Source: a virus
Taxonomy: Duplodnaviria; Caudoviricetes
Reading direction: 5' to 3' (one strand)
Length of the DNA: 63,935 bases
IMG/VR virus record: IMGVR_UViG_3300036793_000016
Location: 1-63,935 of that record
This document shows, one piece after another, positions 5,753 to 15,995 of this stretch. The translations under genes and the position numbers were made by a program. Numbering within the stretch: position 1 is the stretch's first letter; each line of letters opens with the position of its first letter. The notes under the pieces are model-generated. The model was not told the origin of the DNA, did no database searches, and worked only from the letters and a program-made list of their open reading frames with translations.

Positions 5753-7444
5753 ATGGCCGTCCTTGAAGCGTTGAGCGATGAAGAGAAGTACCTCGTCGCC
5801 ATCCTCCAGGACAGCTCAGGTGTCGACATCGCGGAGTTCCTCTGGCGCGACCCGGACCAGAAGGACAACCTGTTCCGCTGCTACGACTTCCAGATTCCCT
5901 GGTATCGCAACGACGCCAAGCAGCAGATCGACCAGTGCGCTCGCGCCATCGGAAAATCGGTGGGCATCCAAATGCGCGCCTTCGCCTTCCCGTTCTGCAA
6001 CCCCGGCAACGACATGCTCATCACGGCGCCAGAGATGATCCACCTCGACCCGGTGACCAAGAACATCGAGGACCGGCTCATGAGCACCCGTCTCTCCAGG
6101 GAGATGCTCAAGTCGGGCAACCAGTCGACCGGCATCACGCACCGCCCGTTCGAGGCGAAGTTCCGCAACGACGCCAAGATCATTGGCCGCATCCCGCAGA
6201 AGGACGGCAAGGGCGTCAAGGGTATGCACCCTCGGATGCTGGAGATGGACGAGGCGCAGGACTACCCCGCCGCTGGCTGGGTGGAACTGGTCGAGACCCT
6301 GCGCTTCGGCGACGAGACCTCACGTTGGCGGGCCCACGGCGTCTCCCGAGGCGTGCGCGACCACTACTACAAGCTCAGCCAGTCTGACGACTGGTACGTG
6401 CACCGCATCACCGCCATGCACCGGCCCGACTGGACCGACCAGGAGCGTAAGAGCAAGGCCGAGCTGTACGGCTCCAAGGAGCACCCGGACTACCGGCGCA
6501 ACATCCTGGGCCTGCACGGCGACGCGATGTCGAGCCTGTTCGTGCTGCACCGCCTCATGGCCTGCGTCGACTCGAACGAGAACTCGCCCTACAACACCCA
6601 GACCTACCAGCACATCCGCATCAACGACGAGTGGCTGCGCGACTCCGGGATGCCCATCGAGGCGCTTATCGACCTCCCAGGCGCCCACAAGTCGTTCAAG
6701 CGCGTCTGGATTGGGATGGACGTCGGTATGACCAACCACCCGTCCGAGATTCTGGTCTTCGGTGCCGAGAACAAGCCGGGCAAGAAGATCGGCGAGAAGG
6801 ACTCGGGCGAGCGGCTGCGGTGCCTGACCCGCATCCACCTGGAGCGCATCTCGGCGATGGACCAGCTCGCGGTCATGAACTTCCTGGCCGAGTTCTACGA
6901 GCCGCTGGCCTTCGGCATGGACCGCACCGGCCTGGGCCTGCCGATCTTCCAGACCGCGCAGTCGGGCGAGGGCAGCAACCACTGGCTCCAGAAGTCGATC
7001 CGTGGCTACAACTTCTCGGAGAAGATCACCGTCGGCTTCGAGCCTGCTCCCGAGGACGAGATGGAGTGGGTGGCGCCCGAGGACCGGGCCATCATGGGCA
7101 ACGTCCTGGAGTACAGCTCGGACCAGCTCCGGCTCCTCGTCGACCAGGGCGGGCTCGTGCTGCCGTGGGACATCGACATGCTCCGCGAGTTCCAGGGCCA
7201 GGCGTACTACATCAGCAAGTCAGCGACGAACCCGTATGGCAAGAAGGAGTTCAACAAGGGCAAGTTCCACGCTCTTGACGCCGCTCGGATGGCTGGCCTC
7301 GCCTACAGCCAGGAAGCGGTGGAGAAGATGCTCAAGCTCATGCCCGATCAGAGCAGCGTCATGCTCGCCTGGGCAGCCGAGGACGACTATGCCGGTGCCG
7401 TCAGTGGCGGCGGGTACGCCGACCCTATGTTCAGCGACTGGTGA
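5753..7444 (+). CDS. terL: Terminase large subunit
   Basis: Walker A-like CARAIGKS, Walker B LEMDEAQD, nuclease motifs IGMDVG, MDRTGLG, HALDAARM; first gene of the virion module; GAGG RBS before ATG 5753. Confidence 0.88.
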   Translation: MAVLEALSDEEKYLVAILQDSSGVDIAEFLWRDPDQKDNLFRCYDFQIPWYRNDAKQQIDQCARAIGKSVGIQMRAFAFPFCNPGNDMLITAPEMIHLDPVTKNIEDRLMSTRLSREMLKSGNQSTGITHRPFEAKFRNDAKIIGRIPQKDGKGVKGMHPRMLEMDEAQDYPAAGWVELVETLRFGDETSRWRAHGVSRGVRDHYYKLSQSDDWYVHRITAMHRPDWTDQERKSKAELYGSKEHPDYRRNILGLHGDAMSSLFVLHRLMACVDSNENSPYNTQTYQHIRINDEWLRDSGMPIEALIDLPGAHKSFKRVWIGMDVGMTNHPSEILVFGAENKPGKKIGEKDSGERLRCLTRIHLERISAMDQLAVMNFLAEFYEPLAFGMDRTGLGLPIFQTAQSGEGSNHWLQKSIRGYNFSEKITVGFEPAPEDEMEWVAPEDRAIMGNVLEYSSDQLRLLVDQGGLVLPWDIDMLREFQGQAYYISKSATNPYGKKEFNKGKFHALDAARMAGLAYSQEAVEKMLKLMPDQSSVMLAWAAEDDYAGAVSGGGYADPMFSDW

Positions 7445-7542
7445 GAGCAGCTCCTCGATCCGCTGCATGAGTTCATCGAAGTCCATACCCCTTATAGACG
7501 CCGAACCTCAGTCTCCTGTCCGGTTGCACCGAAGACTTCTTC

Positions 7543-7947
7543 GTGCCCGTACTGAAACTGGAAGACGCGACTAAGGGCCCGGAAGGTGCAGCTAAGCCTC
7601 CGGTAGCTCTCCCGAGCCAGATGCCGAACCGAGCAGAGGTCGTCAACCCGACGCTCGGCAGCATCGAGAGCGTTCGTCACGAGATCGACGACGCCCTCCT
7701 GGACATGAAGGAGTTCTCGAAGTTCGAGCCTGACCTGGTGATGGCTGCCGTCAGCGCCCACAGTGCGCGGCTGGTCGAGATCGTGGTCCAGATCGGACGC
7801 ATCGAGGTGGTCCGGCGCGAGTGGAAGCCCGTGCGGGAGGAATGCGACCGGGTGCTCACCGCACTCAAAGACCAGTTCCAGATCGCCTCGCGGCTCATGG
7901 CCATGCGAGAGCTTGACTGGAACATGAGCGGACGAGGACAACCGTGA
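7543..7947 (+). CDS. Hypothetical helical protein
   Basis: 134-aa ORF overlapping the portal start (GTGA). Confidence 0.65.
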   Translation: MPVLKLEDATKGPEGAAKPPVALPSQMPNRAEVVNPTLGSIESVRHEIDDALLDMKEFSKFEPDLVMAAVSAHSARLVEIVVQIGRIEVVRREWKPVREECDRVLTALKDQFQIASRLMAMRELDWNMSGRGQP

Positions 7948-9785
7948 GATACCTAGCTGGTCCCGAACCTCGCCAGATGGTCGAGCTGGCCGCGCGTCCT
8001 TCCCAGGGAGTGCTACCGCTCGATTTCGACTGGGGCGAGACCCAGGCGCCGGGAAACGCGACCTACTCCTATGTCGACGAGAGCGGCCTGCCCCAAGAAG
8101 TGGCCCAGACGGTGTGGAACCGTGGTGTCACTTTGGACGGGCGTCCGATTCGAGATGAGCTGGCCTCGTCGATGTCCCAGTGGATGTCCGGGCTCAACTC
8201 GCCGAGCATCGCCGGTGGCTCGCTGTTCTTCCGCAACCGCTTCACGCTGAGCACCAACGTCTACGACCAGATGATGCAGTGCATCGACGCTGTGGAGTGG
8301 GACGACGTGCTCGGCGCGGTCGGCGACGCCACCGAGGGCCTGGCCTTTCAGAAGGTCAGCTTCGAGCAGGTTGACCAGGACCAAGAGGACATCTGGAACC
8401 AGCTCGGCAAGAAGCTCAAGCTCCAGAAGGTCATGCAGACCGCGTGGCGCGAGCTATACAAGGTGAGCCAGGTCTACATCGGCGTGGACTGGGAACAGCA
8501 GAACATCAAGGTCCGCACGCCCACCATCCCGCTGACCAACGCCGACGACGATCCGCCTCAAGGTGACCAGCCGATCCCCGGCGCCGAAGACCTGCACCCG
8601 GACGGCACTCCGCGCCCAGGACCAAAGAAGCGCCAGCGTCGAAAGACCTTCGCCATCACGGCTCCGGCAGCTCTGACGGTCTGGGACCCAACCAAGATTC
8701 TCCCGGTCGGCCAGCTCATGTTCGGCAAGGAGCGGTTCGCCTACATCGCCAGCCAGCCTGAGCACGACGCCTTCATGAGCGTCTTCGAGGGCAAGGGTCA
8801 CGACCCGCTGGTGCTCAAGATGTTCGACGGCCCGTACCAGCCGACGCCGATGGAGATGGAAGTCCTGTCCGAGCACCACAAGGGGCCGCAGAACAAGGCG
8901 TGGCTCTGGCTGTTCAAGCGGGACGCGATCTTCCGCCACACGCTGACCAAAGCCGATTACGAGCGTTTCGCTGCACTGCGGCTCAAGTCAGCGTTGCCCG
9001 ACCTGGACATGAAGGCCCATCTGCGGGCGTCTGACCGAGCGGCGTTGATCGGCGCGACGAACTTCATCATCGTCCTCAAGCGGGGCTCGGATAAGTTCCC
9101 CGCGCGACCGGGTGAAGTCGAGCAGCTCCGAGACCAGAGTCGCGTCGTCGCGCGGATGCCGATCCTCGTTGGTGACCATCGTCTGAGTGTCGAGATCGTG
9201 ACGCCCCAGACTCAGTTCGTCCTGGATGAGAAGCGGTACAACCTCATCAACCAGACGCTGATCATGCGCGGGCTGTCGACGTTCAAGCTCGGCGCCTCGG
9301 GTCGCAGTGCTGGTGGCGCCCAGGGCCAGGCCAGCCAGGACGAGGAGATCGCTCGCGGCATCGAGGCCCGCCGCAACGAGTTGGCCGACACCATCTGGCG
9401 AAAGCTCGTCGAGGCCACGGTGCACAAGAACGAAGGCGTGCTCACCGAGACCCCGCAGATCAGCTTCCACCCCAAGCGTGTGGTCATCAACCTCGACGCC
9501 GATGTCATGAAGCTGGTTCTCCAGCTCCGCGACCGGGGCGACATCAGCCGGGAGACCGAGCTGGAGGAGTTCCAGATGGACCAGTCGGTGGAGTACGTCC
9601 GTCGCAAGCGCGAGAAGGGCATCGACGACGTGTTCAAGTCGAGCGTCCCGTTCAGCTCGCCGGACAGCAATCCGTTTCAAGCAGGCAACGCCGGAGGCCG
9701 ACCACTAGGTGGTGGGGGCTCGGGCTCGGACTCCACGCCTGCCGGTGGATCGACGGCGCCAACCAAGCCCGCTACGCCCAACTAG
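7944..9785 (+). CDS. Portal protein
   Basis: 613 aa, position after terminase, helical content, ISRET motif and low-complexity C-tail typical of portals. Confidence 0.7.
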   Translation: MRYLAGPEPRQMVELAARPSQGVLPLDFDWGETQAPGNATYSYVDESGLPQEVAQTVWNRGVTLDGRPIRDELASSMSQWMSGLNSPSIAGGSLFFRNRFTLSTNVYDQMMQCIDAVEWDDVLGAVGDATEGLAFQKVSFEQVDQDQEDIWNQLGKKLKLQKVMQTAWRELYKVSQVYIGVDWEQQNIKVRTPTIPLTNADDDPPQGDQPIPGAEDLHPDGTPRPGPKKRQRRKTFAITAPAALTVWDPTKILPVGQLMFGKERFAYIASQPEHDAFMSVFEGKGHDPLVLKMFDGPYQPTPMEMEVLSEHHKGPQNKAWLWLFKRDAIFRHTLTKADYERFAALRLKSALPDLDMKAHLRASDRAALIGATNFIIVLKRGSDKFPARPGEVEQLRDQSRVVARMPILVGDHRLSVEIVTPQTQFVLDEKRYNLINQTLIMRGLSTFKLGASGRSAGGAQGQASQDEEIARGIEARRNELADTIWRKLVEATVHKNEGVLTETPQISFHPKRVVINLDADVMKLVLQLRDRGDISRETELEEFQMDQSVEYVRRKREKGIDDVFKSSVPFSSPDSNPFQAGNAGGRPLGGGGSGSDSTPAGGSTAPTKPATPN

Positions 9786-9794
9786 GAGACCAAG

Positions 9795-10094
9795 ATGCAG
9801 GTTCAACCAGTCAAGTTCACGGCCTCGGGCGTCGTCGGCACGGCGGCGCACACCGCTACCGACGCCCAGTCGGGCGCCACGATCAGTGTCGCCGAGCAGC
9901 CGGAGATGATCGTCGGCATTGCCTACAAGGGCTTCACGGCGGTCATCGTCCACAACGGTGTCGACGCCACCGGTGATGTCGTCGCCGTCTGCGGCGCGGC
10001 GGGCACCTATTCCTGGAACTACGAGCTGGACTGCCAGCTCGGCATCTACCTGGAGTGCACCGGCAGCGGCTCCGGATCGGTCTGGTTGGTGTGA
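9795..10094 (+). CDS. Small beta-rich hypothetical protein
   Basis: AGGAG RBS; 99 aa. Confidence 0.7.
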   Translation: MQVQPVKFTASGVVGTAAHTATDAQSGATISVAEQPEMIVGIAYKGFTAVIVHNGVDATGDVVAVCGAAGTYSWNYELDCQLGIYLECTGSGSGSVWLV

Positions 10095-10720
10095 TGACGA
10101 ATCAGACGAGCGTCGATTCCGATGGGAAGGCCATGACCGACGCATCCAACCTCGCGGGCTCGACTGCCCAGGGCACCGTCTACGCGATGGTCGGCCCGTG
10201 GGCACCCCAGTACCGCAAGATCGTGAAGATCGAGATGACCGAGAACGGTCCTCAGTCGACGGTGATCCAGGACTACAAGCTCGATGGTCCGGCCAACGCG
10301 GTCATGGAGGACGCCCTCGCGGCGCTCGACCAGGCCGACTCGGACGACACCCCCGAGCAGCAGCAGCTCCTGATGGCCGCGTGGCAGGCACTGGCCATGT
10401 ACCTCTCGTCCTGCGACGACGAGGACAAGCAGGGTGCGGCGATGGCGCTCAAGCAGGTCTCGGACCTCATGAGCGACGCCGATTCCGGCGACGGCCCGTT
10501 CCCGACCGGCACCTTCGGTCGGACCACCCAGACTGCCGCCGCTCCCTCGGGCGCCGGTGGCCAGCAGACCGGCAACAGCCAGAACCAGACCGTCTATGAG
10601 TGCGCGATCGACAAGCGCAAGTTCTCCTCGCAGGCGGGCCTGATTAGCCACCTCCAGACGATGCACAAGATGTCGCCCGGCAAGGCGCAGGCGATGGCAG
10701 CCGGGAAGGCGGGCAAGTAA
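10094..10720 (+). CDS. Hypothetical protein with C-terminal C2H2-like zinc finger
   Basis: TGATG overlap; YECAIDKRKFSSQAGLISHLQTMH. Confidence 0.65.
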   Translation: MTNQTSVDSDGKAMTDASNLAGSTAQGTVYAMVGPWAPQYRKIVKIEMTENGPQSTVIQDYKLDGPANAVMEDALAALDQADSDDTPEQQQLLMAAWQALAMYLSSCDDEDKQGAAMALKQVSDLMSDADSGDGPFPTGTFGRTTQTAAAPSGAGGQQTGNSQNQTVYECAIDKRKFSSQAGLISHLQTMHKMSPGKAQAMAAGKAGK

Positions 10721-11130
10721 TGGCCACCATCGGACGCACTGGCGATCCGCTCGAAGGCACGTTCCAGGTTCCGCAGAACTACCCGGACCCGGCAGGCCAG
10801 AACGTCAACAGCCTGCCGATGGACTTCGCCTACGACCCGAACTCGAACTACCTCCTGGACACCACGGCGCCGTCCGTGCCGAGTGGGGTCAGTTCGCCGT
10901 CCCACACGGCCACCACCGTCGTGCTGTCCTGGGGCGCGAGCACCGACCGGCTCGGGGTCGACCACTACAACATCTACATCGGGACCACGCTGTCGGGCAG
11001 CACCAAGAACCTGACCGCGACGATCTCCGGGCTCGTGAGTGCCACCCCGTACAACTTCAAGGTCACGGCGGTGGACAAGCATGGCAACGAGTCGGCGAAG
11101 TCGTCGAACGTGGCGGTGACCACGAGCTAA
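10720..11130 (+). CDS. Fibronectin type III domain protein
   Basis: DTTAPSVPSGV...VVLSWGASTD..GVDHYNIY...YNFKVTAVDKHGNESAKS. Confidence 0.85.
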   Translation: MATIGRTGDPLEGTFQVPQNYPDPAGQNVNSLPMDFAYDPNSNYLLDTTAPSVPSGVSSPSHTATTVVLSWGASTDRLGVDHYNIYIGTTLSGSTKNLTATISGLVSATPYNFKVTAVDKHGNESAKSSNVAVTTS

Positions 11131-12104
11131 TGGAGACTCTCGTCATCGAGACGGCGGGGCGGCTGATGTTCACCAACGCCGCTCGCGTTGTCCGAGCGGG
11201 CGTCGAGGTCTCGGTTGACCTGGCTGCGGCCAGCAACTTCGAGGCCGAGAAGGCGAACCCGTTCATCAAGTGGATCGTCGGCGACTTCGTGGAGGCCGAC
11301 AACGCCAACTCGAACACCCAGTTCTGGACCAAGGACGACTTGGCGATGGGCGAGTACAGCATCAAGTACAGCCCGCTGAACATGCTGCACAAGCAACAGA
11401 CGCCCGTCGGTTTCTTCGCGTCGACTCAGACGATCGACCTGACCGATGGCGCGTCTCTCCAGGACGATGCGCTGGCCAAGCCCAAGAAGCACAAGCACCG
11501 CTACATCCACCCGTCCCAGGTGCACAAGACGATGGTGGTCTACGGCGGCTCGAATGCGTGCGTGGCCTGCGGTCAGCCTGCGAGCGACCCGGACCATGAC
11601 GGCGACGTGGACGCTCCTGGGGCTCCAGACACCGACGCGGCTGCTGCCAATGGCTCGGCCAAGATCGAGGCGCTGGCGGGCATGTGGAGCCACGTCTTCC
11701 CGTTCGAGAGCGCGCTAGTCGACCAGGCCGACGAGCTGGGTCAGTTGTTCTACTCGATGGAGTGCCGGGGCACCCACCTTCACTGCGCGGGCCCGAACGG
11801 TTGCGACAAGACCTTCGACTACATGGCCGTCGACACGCACTGCCAGCACCTCATGGAGCGCAGCTCGATCCGGCACATCGTCAACCCCACCTTCCGTGGC
11901 GGCGCGCTGATCATCCCGCCGACCAAGCCTGGCTGGAAGGGCGCTTCGGCGTCTGTCATCCAGGAGGCCGTGCGGGAAGAAGCGGCTCGGTATGCCGAGC
12001 AGACGGAGGCGGCATTCAACGCCCACAACGCGGCTGGCGGTGACCTCAGCGCCTCTCAGTGGGAGCACTTGATGGCCACCGTTGTGACCCTCGGACAGCG
12101 TTAG
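11130..12104 (+). CDS. Putative capsid maturation protease
   Basis: Position between portal and scaffold; N.N..F, PLNMLH...PVG, YSMEC, F.GGALI..P pattern. Confidence 0.55.
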   Translation: METLVIETAGRLMFTNAARVVRAGVEVSVDLAAASNFEAEKANPFIKWIVGDFVEADNANSNTQFWTKDDLAMGEYSIKYSPLNMLHKQQTPVGFFASTQTIDLTDGASLQDDALAKPKKHKHRYIHPSQVHKTMVVYGGSNACVACGQPASDPDHDGDVDAPGAPDTDAAAANGSAKIEALAGMWSHVFPFESALVDQADELGQLFYSMECRGTHLHCAGPNGCDKTFDYMAVDTHCQHLMERSSIRHIVNPTFRGGALIIPPTKPGWKGASASVIQEAVREEAARYAEQTEAAFNAHNAAGGDLSASQWEHLMATVVTLGQR

Positions 12105-12154
12105 TTCAAAAGGACGCGCGTCTGTTCCGAGAACCATCAATCGTGGAGGCACTC

Positions 12155-13261
12155 ATGCTCGAATCGGCCCTGGACATGCATGACGCGTTGTTGCTCAACG
12201 CGCCTGCTGGTGCTCGGCACGACGCGGACGTGTGCGTCTTCTGTACGGACTTCGCAATGACCGACGAAGGAATCCCCTCCGGGCTTGCCCGTCTGGAGTT
12301 GGCCGACGCGAAGTCTCCGTACGGCTCGGTCACCTACGCCGACCCTGGCTACCAGGCGGACAAGGTGAAGCGATACCCGATCGACACCGAGGCGCACGCC
12401 CGTGCGGCTTGGAGCTACATCCACCAGGCAAAGAACGCCGCCGCATACAGCGCGGATCAGCTTTCGACGATGCGCACCAAGATCGCAGCCGCCCTCAAGA
12501 AGTTTGGGGTCGAAGCCGAGAAGAAGGCGAACGAGGCCAACGCGCCAAAGACGCCCGCAAAACCGGCAGCGAAGAAGGGCGAGAAGGCAGAAGTTGAATC
12601 TCCCGATCTGGTCACCGATGACAGCTCAGGGACGCAAAGTGCGACCGGAACGACCAAGCCTGACGCAGCAGTGAGAGGAGGAACCAAGCACATGGAAACC
12701 GACACCGTGGAGATGATCTCCAAGGAGACGCACGAGGCTCTGCTCGACAAGGCCCTCAAGGACGGCACTGCCGCCCTGACGACCGAGCGGGACGACCTGG
12801 CGAAGCAGGTCACTGACTTGACTGCTCAGCTTTCCGCGAAGACCGAGGAACTCGCATCGGCCACCACGGAGAACGAGCGGATCAACGGCGAGCTGGACAC
12901 CGCGCAGGTGGCTCTCAAGGCTGCGCAGGACGAAGCCGAGGCACTCAAGGCCGACGCCGCCGCGAAGGCGGAAGAGGCAGCCAAGGCCGAGATCGCTTCG
13001 GCACGCACCGCGCAAGTTCGGAACCTGAGCCTGTTCACCGAGGAGTTCATCACGGAGCGCGCCTCCCGATGGGCCGAGATGGACGAGGCCGCATGGACCG
13101 AGCGGCTGGACGAGTGGAAGGTCGCCAAGGGCCAGACCCCCGGCACCTCGACCACGAACAGCACGACCGAGACCGCATCCGCGATCACGGGTACCCGCGA
13201 CACCCAGAGTGGACAGCAGCCTTCGGCTCGCCGTGCCGCCCTCGGTCTCCCCGCGCAGTAG
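12155..13261 (+). CDS. Scaffolding protein with N-terminal DUF6582-like domain
   Basis: GGAGG RBS; YADPGYQADKVKRYPIDTEAHARAAWSY domain then long Ala/Glu/Lys coiled coil; just upstream of capsid genes. Confidence 0.65.
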   Translation: MLESALDMHDALLLNAPAGARHDADVCVFCTDFAMTDEGIPSGLARLELADAKSPYGSVTYADPGYQADKVKRYPIDTEAHARAAWSYIHQAKNAAAYSADQLSTMRTKIAAALKKFGVEAEKKANEANAPKTPAKPAAKKGEKAEVESPDLVTDDSSGTQSATGTTKPDAAVRGGTKHMETDTVEMISKETHEALLDKALKDGTAALTTERDDLAKQVTDLTAQLSAKTEELASATTENERINGELDTAQVALKAAQDEAEALKADAAAKAEEAAKAEIASARTAQVRNLSLFTEEFITERASRWAEMDEAAWTERLDEWKVAKGQTPGTSTTNSTTETASAITGTRDTQSGQQPSARRAALGLPAQ

Positions 13262-13276
13262 GAAGGAGGCAAGACA

Positions 13277-13828
13277 ATGAGCTACACGCGCAACTTCGGG
13301 TTCCGCGACTTCACCGGCATCATCCGTGACGGTCGCAACAAGGTTCCCGCGTCCGGTCTGACTGGCGTTGATGCAAGCGGCTTCCTGATCGGCACCGCCG
13401 TAGTGGTCGATAGCGCCAACCCCGGCCAGCTCAAGCGTCCGACCAGTGGCGACGCGCCTACTGCGCTGAGCGGGATCGTGGTGTACGAGCACATCCAGTT
13501 CCAGGGTGTGGACCCGTTCCTGACCACGCAGTACGACGCACCGTTCCAGGTGGCTCCTCTGGGTCGTTTCGCCCAGATGGTCCACGGGCCAGGCGTCAAG
13601 GTCTGGCTCAAGAACACCGCCGACAAGCCGCTCTATGACGGTCGAGTTCAGACCGGCCAGAGCATGGTGACCGGCATCGCCATCGCCACCCCGACCATCG
13701 CGGTCGGCGACTACATCGGCCCTGGGTCCAACGGACTCTGGATCGAATGCGACGCCGCCCACGGCTGGCTCCAGGTGGAGTACGCCAACAACACGACTGG
13801 GCTTGTCGAAGCCCGGTTCACCTTTTAG
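13277..13828 (+). CDS. Putative head decoration protein
   Basis: AGGAGG RBS; 183-aa beta-rich protein between scaffold and capsid. Confidence 0.55.
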   Translation: MSYTRNFGFRDFTGIIRDGRNKVPASGLTGVDASGFLIGTAVVVDSANPGQLKRPTSGDAPTALSGIVVYEHIQFQGVDPFLTTQYDAPFQVAPLGRFAQMVHGPGVKVWLKNTADKPLYDGRVQTGQSMVTGIAIATPTIAVGDYIGPGSNGLWIECDAAHGWLQVEYANNTTGLVEARFTF

Positions 13829-13845
13829 AGAGGAGGTGGAAATCA

Positions 13846-14784
13846 ATGTCTGACATCACCAAGAAGATGGTGGATGCCTTCGGGCGTACTGCTGAGGACA
13901 AGCGCGCAAAGCGTGAGATCACCGAGCGGGCGAACGAAGACGCACGGGCCAACTGGAGCAACCCGACGTGGCGCTCCGAGTTCGCTGCCGAGATGACCGA
14001 ATCCATCCTCCTCGGTTTCGAGTACGAAACCCTGGTCGACCGGTGGATCGAAACAGAGACCACCGACTTCAACGGACGTATCTTCGTCCGTGAGGCGACC
14101 GGTCTCAAGGCGTTCTGGATGGCTCGCGGTGGTTACATCGAGGCCAGCCAGATGAGTGCCGAGGTCTCCGAGATTCCTCGGGACATGGTTGGTGTGCACG
14201 TCTCCGATTTCGAGGACAAGTTCATCAACAACTTCACCGAGTCGGCGCAGACCCTGCGCGACTTGGCCATCCAGCGGATGGACGCGGAAATCAACCGCCG
14301 CATCCACACCGTGCTGGCCGAGGCGATCCCGTCGGGTTCGCCGTACGCGGTGACGGCACCGGGTCTCTCGAAGGCCGCTCTGGACAACGCGATCCGCGCT
14401 GTCTCCGACGCTTCTCGCACGGGCGAGGTTGTCATCGTGGGTCGCCCCACGATGGTCGACCAGATCGTGGACTTCGAGGGCTACGGCATGGAAACCCTCG
14501 AAGAGATTCGGCAGAAGGGTGTTCTCGGTTCCTACCGGGGCGCGACGATCGTTCGTCTGCGCAACTACAAGGACGAGGACGGCAGCCCCTACCTGCCGGG
14601 CAACGAGATGTGGGTCATGGCCCGCGACACCGGCAAGTTCGCGTTCTTCGGCGGTCTCAAGTCGAAGGAGTTCGAGGACTTGGACAACTGGTACTGGCAC
14701 TACATCGCTCGCCGGGACACGGGCCTTCTGGTCTACCACCCCGAGCGTGCTCGTCGGATCGTCGACAGCAACCAGGCGGCGTAG
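13846..14784 (+). CDS. Major capsid protein
   Basis: AGGAGG RBS, 312 aa, position, GVLGSYRGATIV motif typical of HK97-fold capsids, followed by a terminator. Confidence 0.75.
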   Translation: MSDITKKMVDAFGRTAEDKRAKREITERANEDARANWSNPTWRSEFAAEMTESILLGFEYETLVDRWIETETTDFNGRIFVREATGLKAFWMARGGYIEASQMSAEVSEIPRDMVGVHVSDFEDKFINNFTESAQTLRDLAIQRMDAEINRRIHTVLAEAIPSGSPYAVTAPGLSKAALDNAIRAVSDASRTGEVVIVGRPTMVDQIVDFEGYGMETLEEIRQKGVLGSYRGATIVRLRNYKDEDGSPYLPGNEMWVMARDTGKFAFFGGLKSKEFEDLDNWYWHYIARRDTGLLVYHPERARRIVDSNQAA

Positions 14785-14801
14785 TTCAGCAGCTCAAGCC
14801 A

Positions 14802-14833
14802 ACAGGGCCTCTCACTTCGGTGGGGGGCCCTGT
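14802..14833 (+). terminator. UUCG hairpin terminator
   Basis: ACAGGGCCTCTCAC-TTCG-GTGGGGGGCCCTGT. Confidence 0.75.
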
Positions 14834-14845
14834 AGCTTGTTCGGT

Positions 14846-15088
14846 ATGGCTGAGCCCGACCACCTGAGCATGTGGACGATCTACGACCACCCGGACGACT
14901 ACCCCGATCACTTCATCGCCAGGGAGTGGTGGGTCACCGCTGGTCGAGTCGAGCCCTCGCCGGTTACCGTCTATAGGGACGAGTACCTGGAGAACGTACG
15001 GACGTTCGTCCGAACCGTGGCGCCGGATGCGAGCCGCCTTGTCCGCAACGAGAATGACGACCCGAAGATCATCGAATCCTGGGTGTAG
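14846..15088 (+). CDS. Small conserved phage protein
   Basis: MAEPDHLSMWTIYDHPDDYPDHFIARE...DDPKIIESWV (3' part of ORF 14429..15088). Confidence 0.7.
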   Translation: MAEPDHLSMWTIYDHPDDYPDHFIAREWWVTAGRVEPSPVTVYRDEYLENVRTFVRTVAPDASRLVRNENDDPKIIESWV

Positions 15089-15091
15089 CCC

Positions 15092-15262
15092 GTGCCGATC
15101 TTGATCCTGTGCTCCTCGTGCCGGACCACGATGAAGTTCACCTTCCAGCGGACTCCGGTGTGCGAGGCGTGCGAAGCGAGGCTGGCGGCACTCAACTGCT
15201 CAGAATCTGAGCCGCTTTTCGAGATGCCCAGACAGCAGTATGAAATCGAAGAGGAGCCGTAG
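15092..15262 (+). CDS. 56-aa zinc-ribbon protein (not in ORF track)
   Basis: MPILILCSSCRTTMKFTFQRTPVCEACEARL...EEEP; two CxxC pairs; fills the gap. Confidence 0.5.
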   Translation: MPILILCSSCRTTMKFTFQRTPVCEACEARLAALNCSESEPLFEMPRQQYEIEEEP

Positions 15263-15342
15263 CTTCCTCAAAACGAACGTCCAGCGGTATTGTTCGGCAT
15301 CGAGGCCCTCGACCGGCCCACGAATCGAGAGAGAAGAGAAGC

Positions 15343-15993
15343 ATGACCAGCAGCATGGACCTGCACGGCAGCATCAGCGCCGAGGAGAAGACCTTCATCG
15401 AGACGTGGGAAAACGTCGGTCAAGGCACCAACTACATCATCCGGGAGAACCGGCGCGGCGACGAGGTGCAGACCGGCATCACGGGCCACGGGATGAAGTT
15501 CCGCATCAGCACCTACGAGCGGATGCTGACCGAGGAGAAGGCCCTCGACCCGCGCAACAACCCTTTCAAGAACGGCGTGTTCCGGCCCGTCATCGTTCCC
15601 CAGGGCGTCGACATCGAGACCAACCCGAACGCTCTGTCCGACGACGACATCGAGCGGCTATTCGCGTCCTCTGAGATCGCCTGGGACGAGTACATGAACG
15701 TCATCGACTCCCCGGCCACGCTCAAGCGCATGATCGACATGGCCGAGAACTCAGGGCTCTCGCTGCGCCGGTTCCGCCAGCTCGAAGGCATGTACGAGGA
15801 GTTCAGCAACATCGGCAAGCGGGTGGTCAACTCCAACGCCGACATCCAGAAGCGCATCGACGACATGGGCGGTCCCGGTGGACCCCCGCCGTCGGGCACC
15901 AACCCCGGCGCCTCGGCCACCCGGTCGGTGGGCCCGACCAAGGCCGCTCCCGCGAAGGCCGCTCCTGCCGCTGCGCCGCCTGCCGCGACCTGA
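15343..15993 (+). CDS. Hypothetical protein
   Basis: 216 aa, strong GC3 codon bias, Pro/Ala-rich tail. Confidence 0.75.
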   Translation: MTSSMDLHGSISAEEKTFIETWENVGQGTNYIIRENRRGDEVQTGITGHGMKFRISTYERMLTEEKALDPRNNPFKNGVFRPVIVPQGVDIETNPNALSDDDIERLFASSEIAWDEYMNVIDSPATLKRMIDMAENSGLSLRRFRQLEGMYEEFSNIGKRVVNSNADIQKRIDDMGGPGGPPPSGTNPGASATRSVGPTKAAPAKAAPAAAPPAAT

Positions 15994-15995
15994 TC

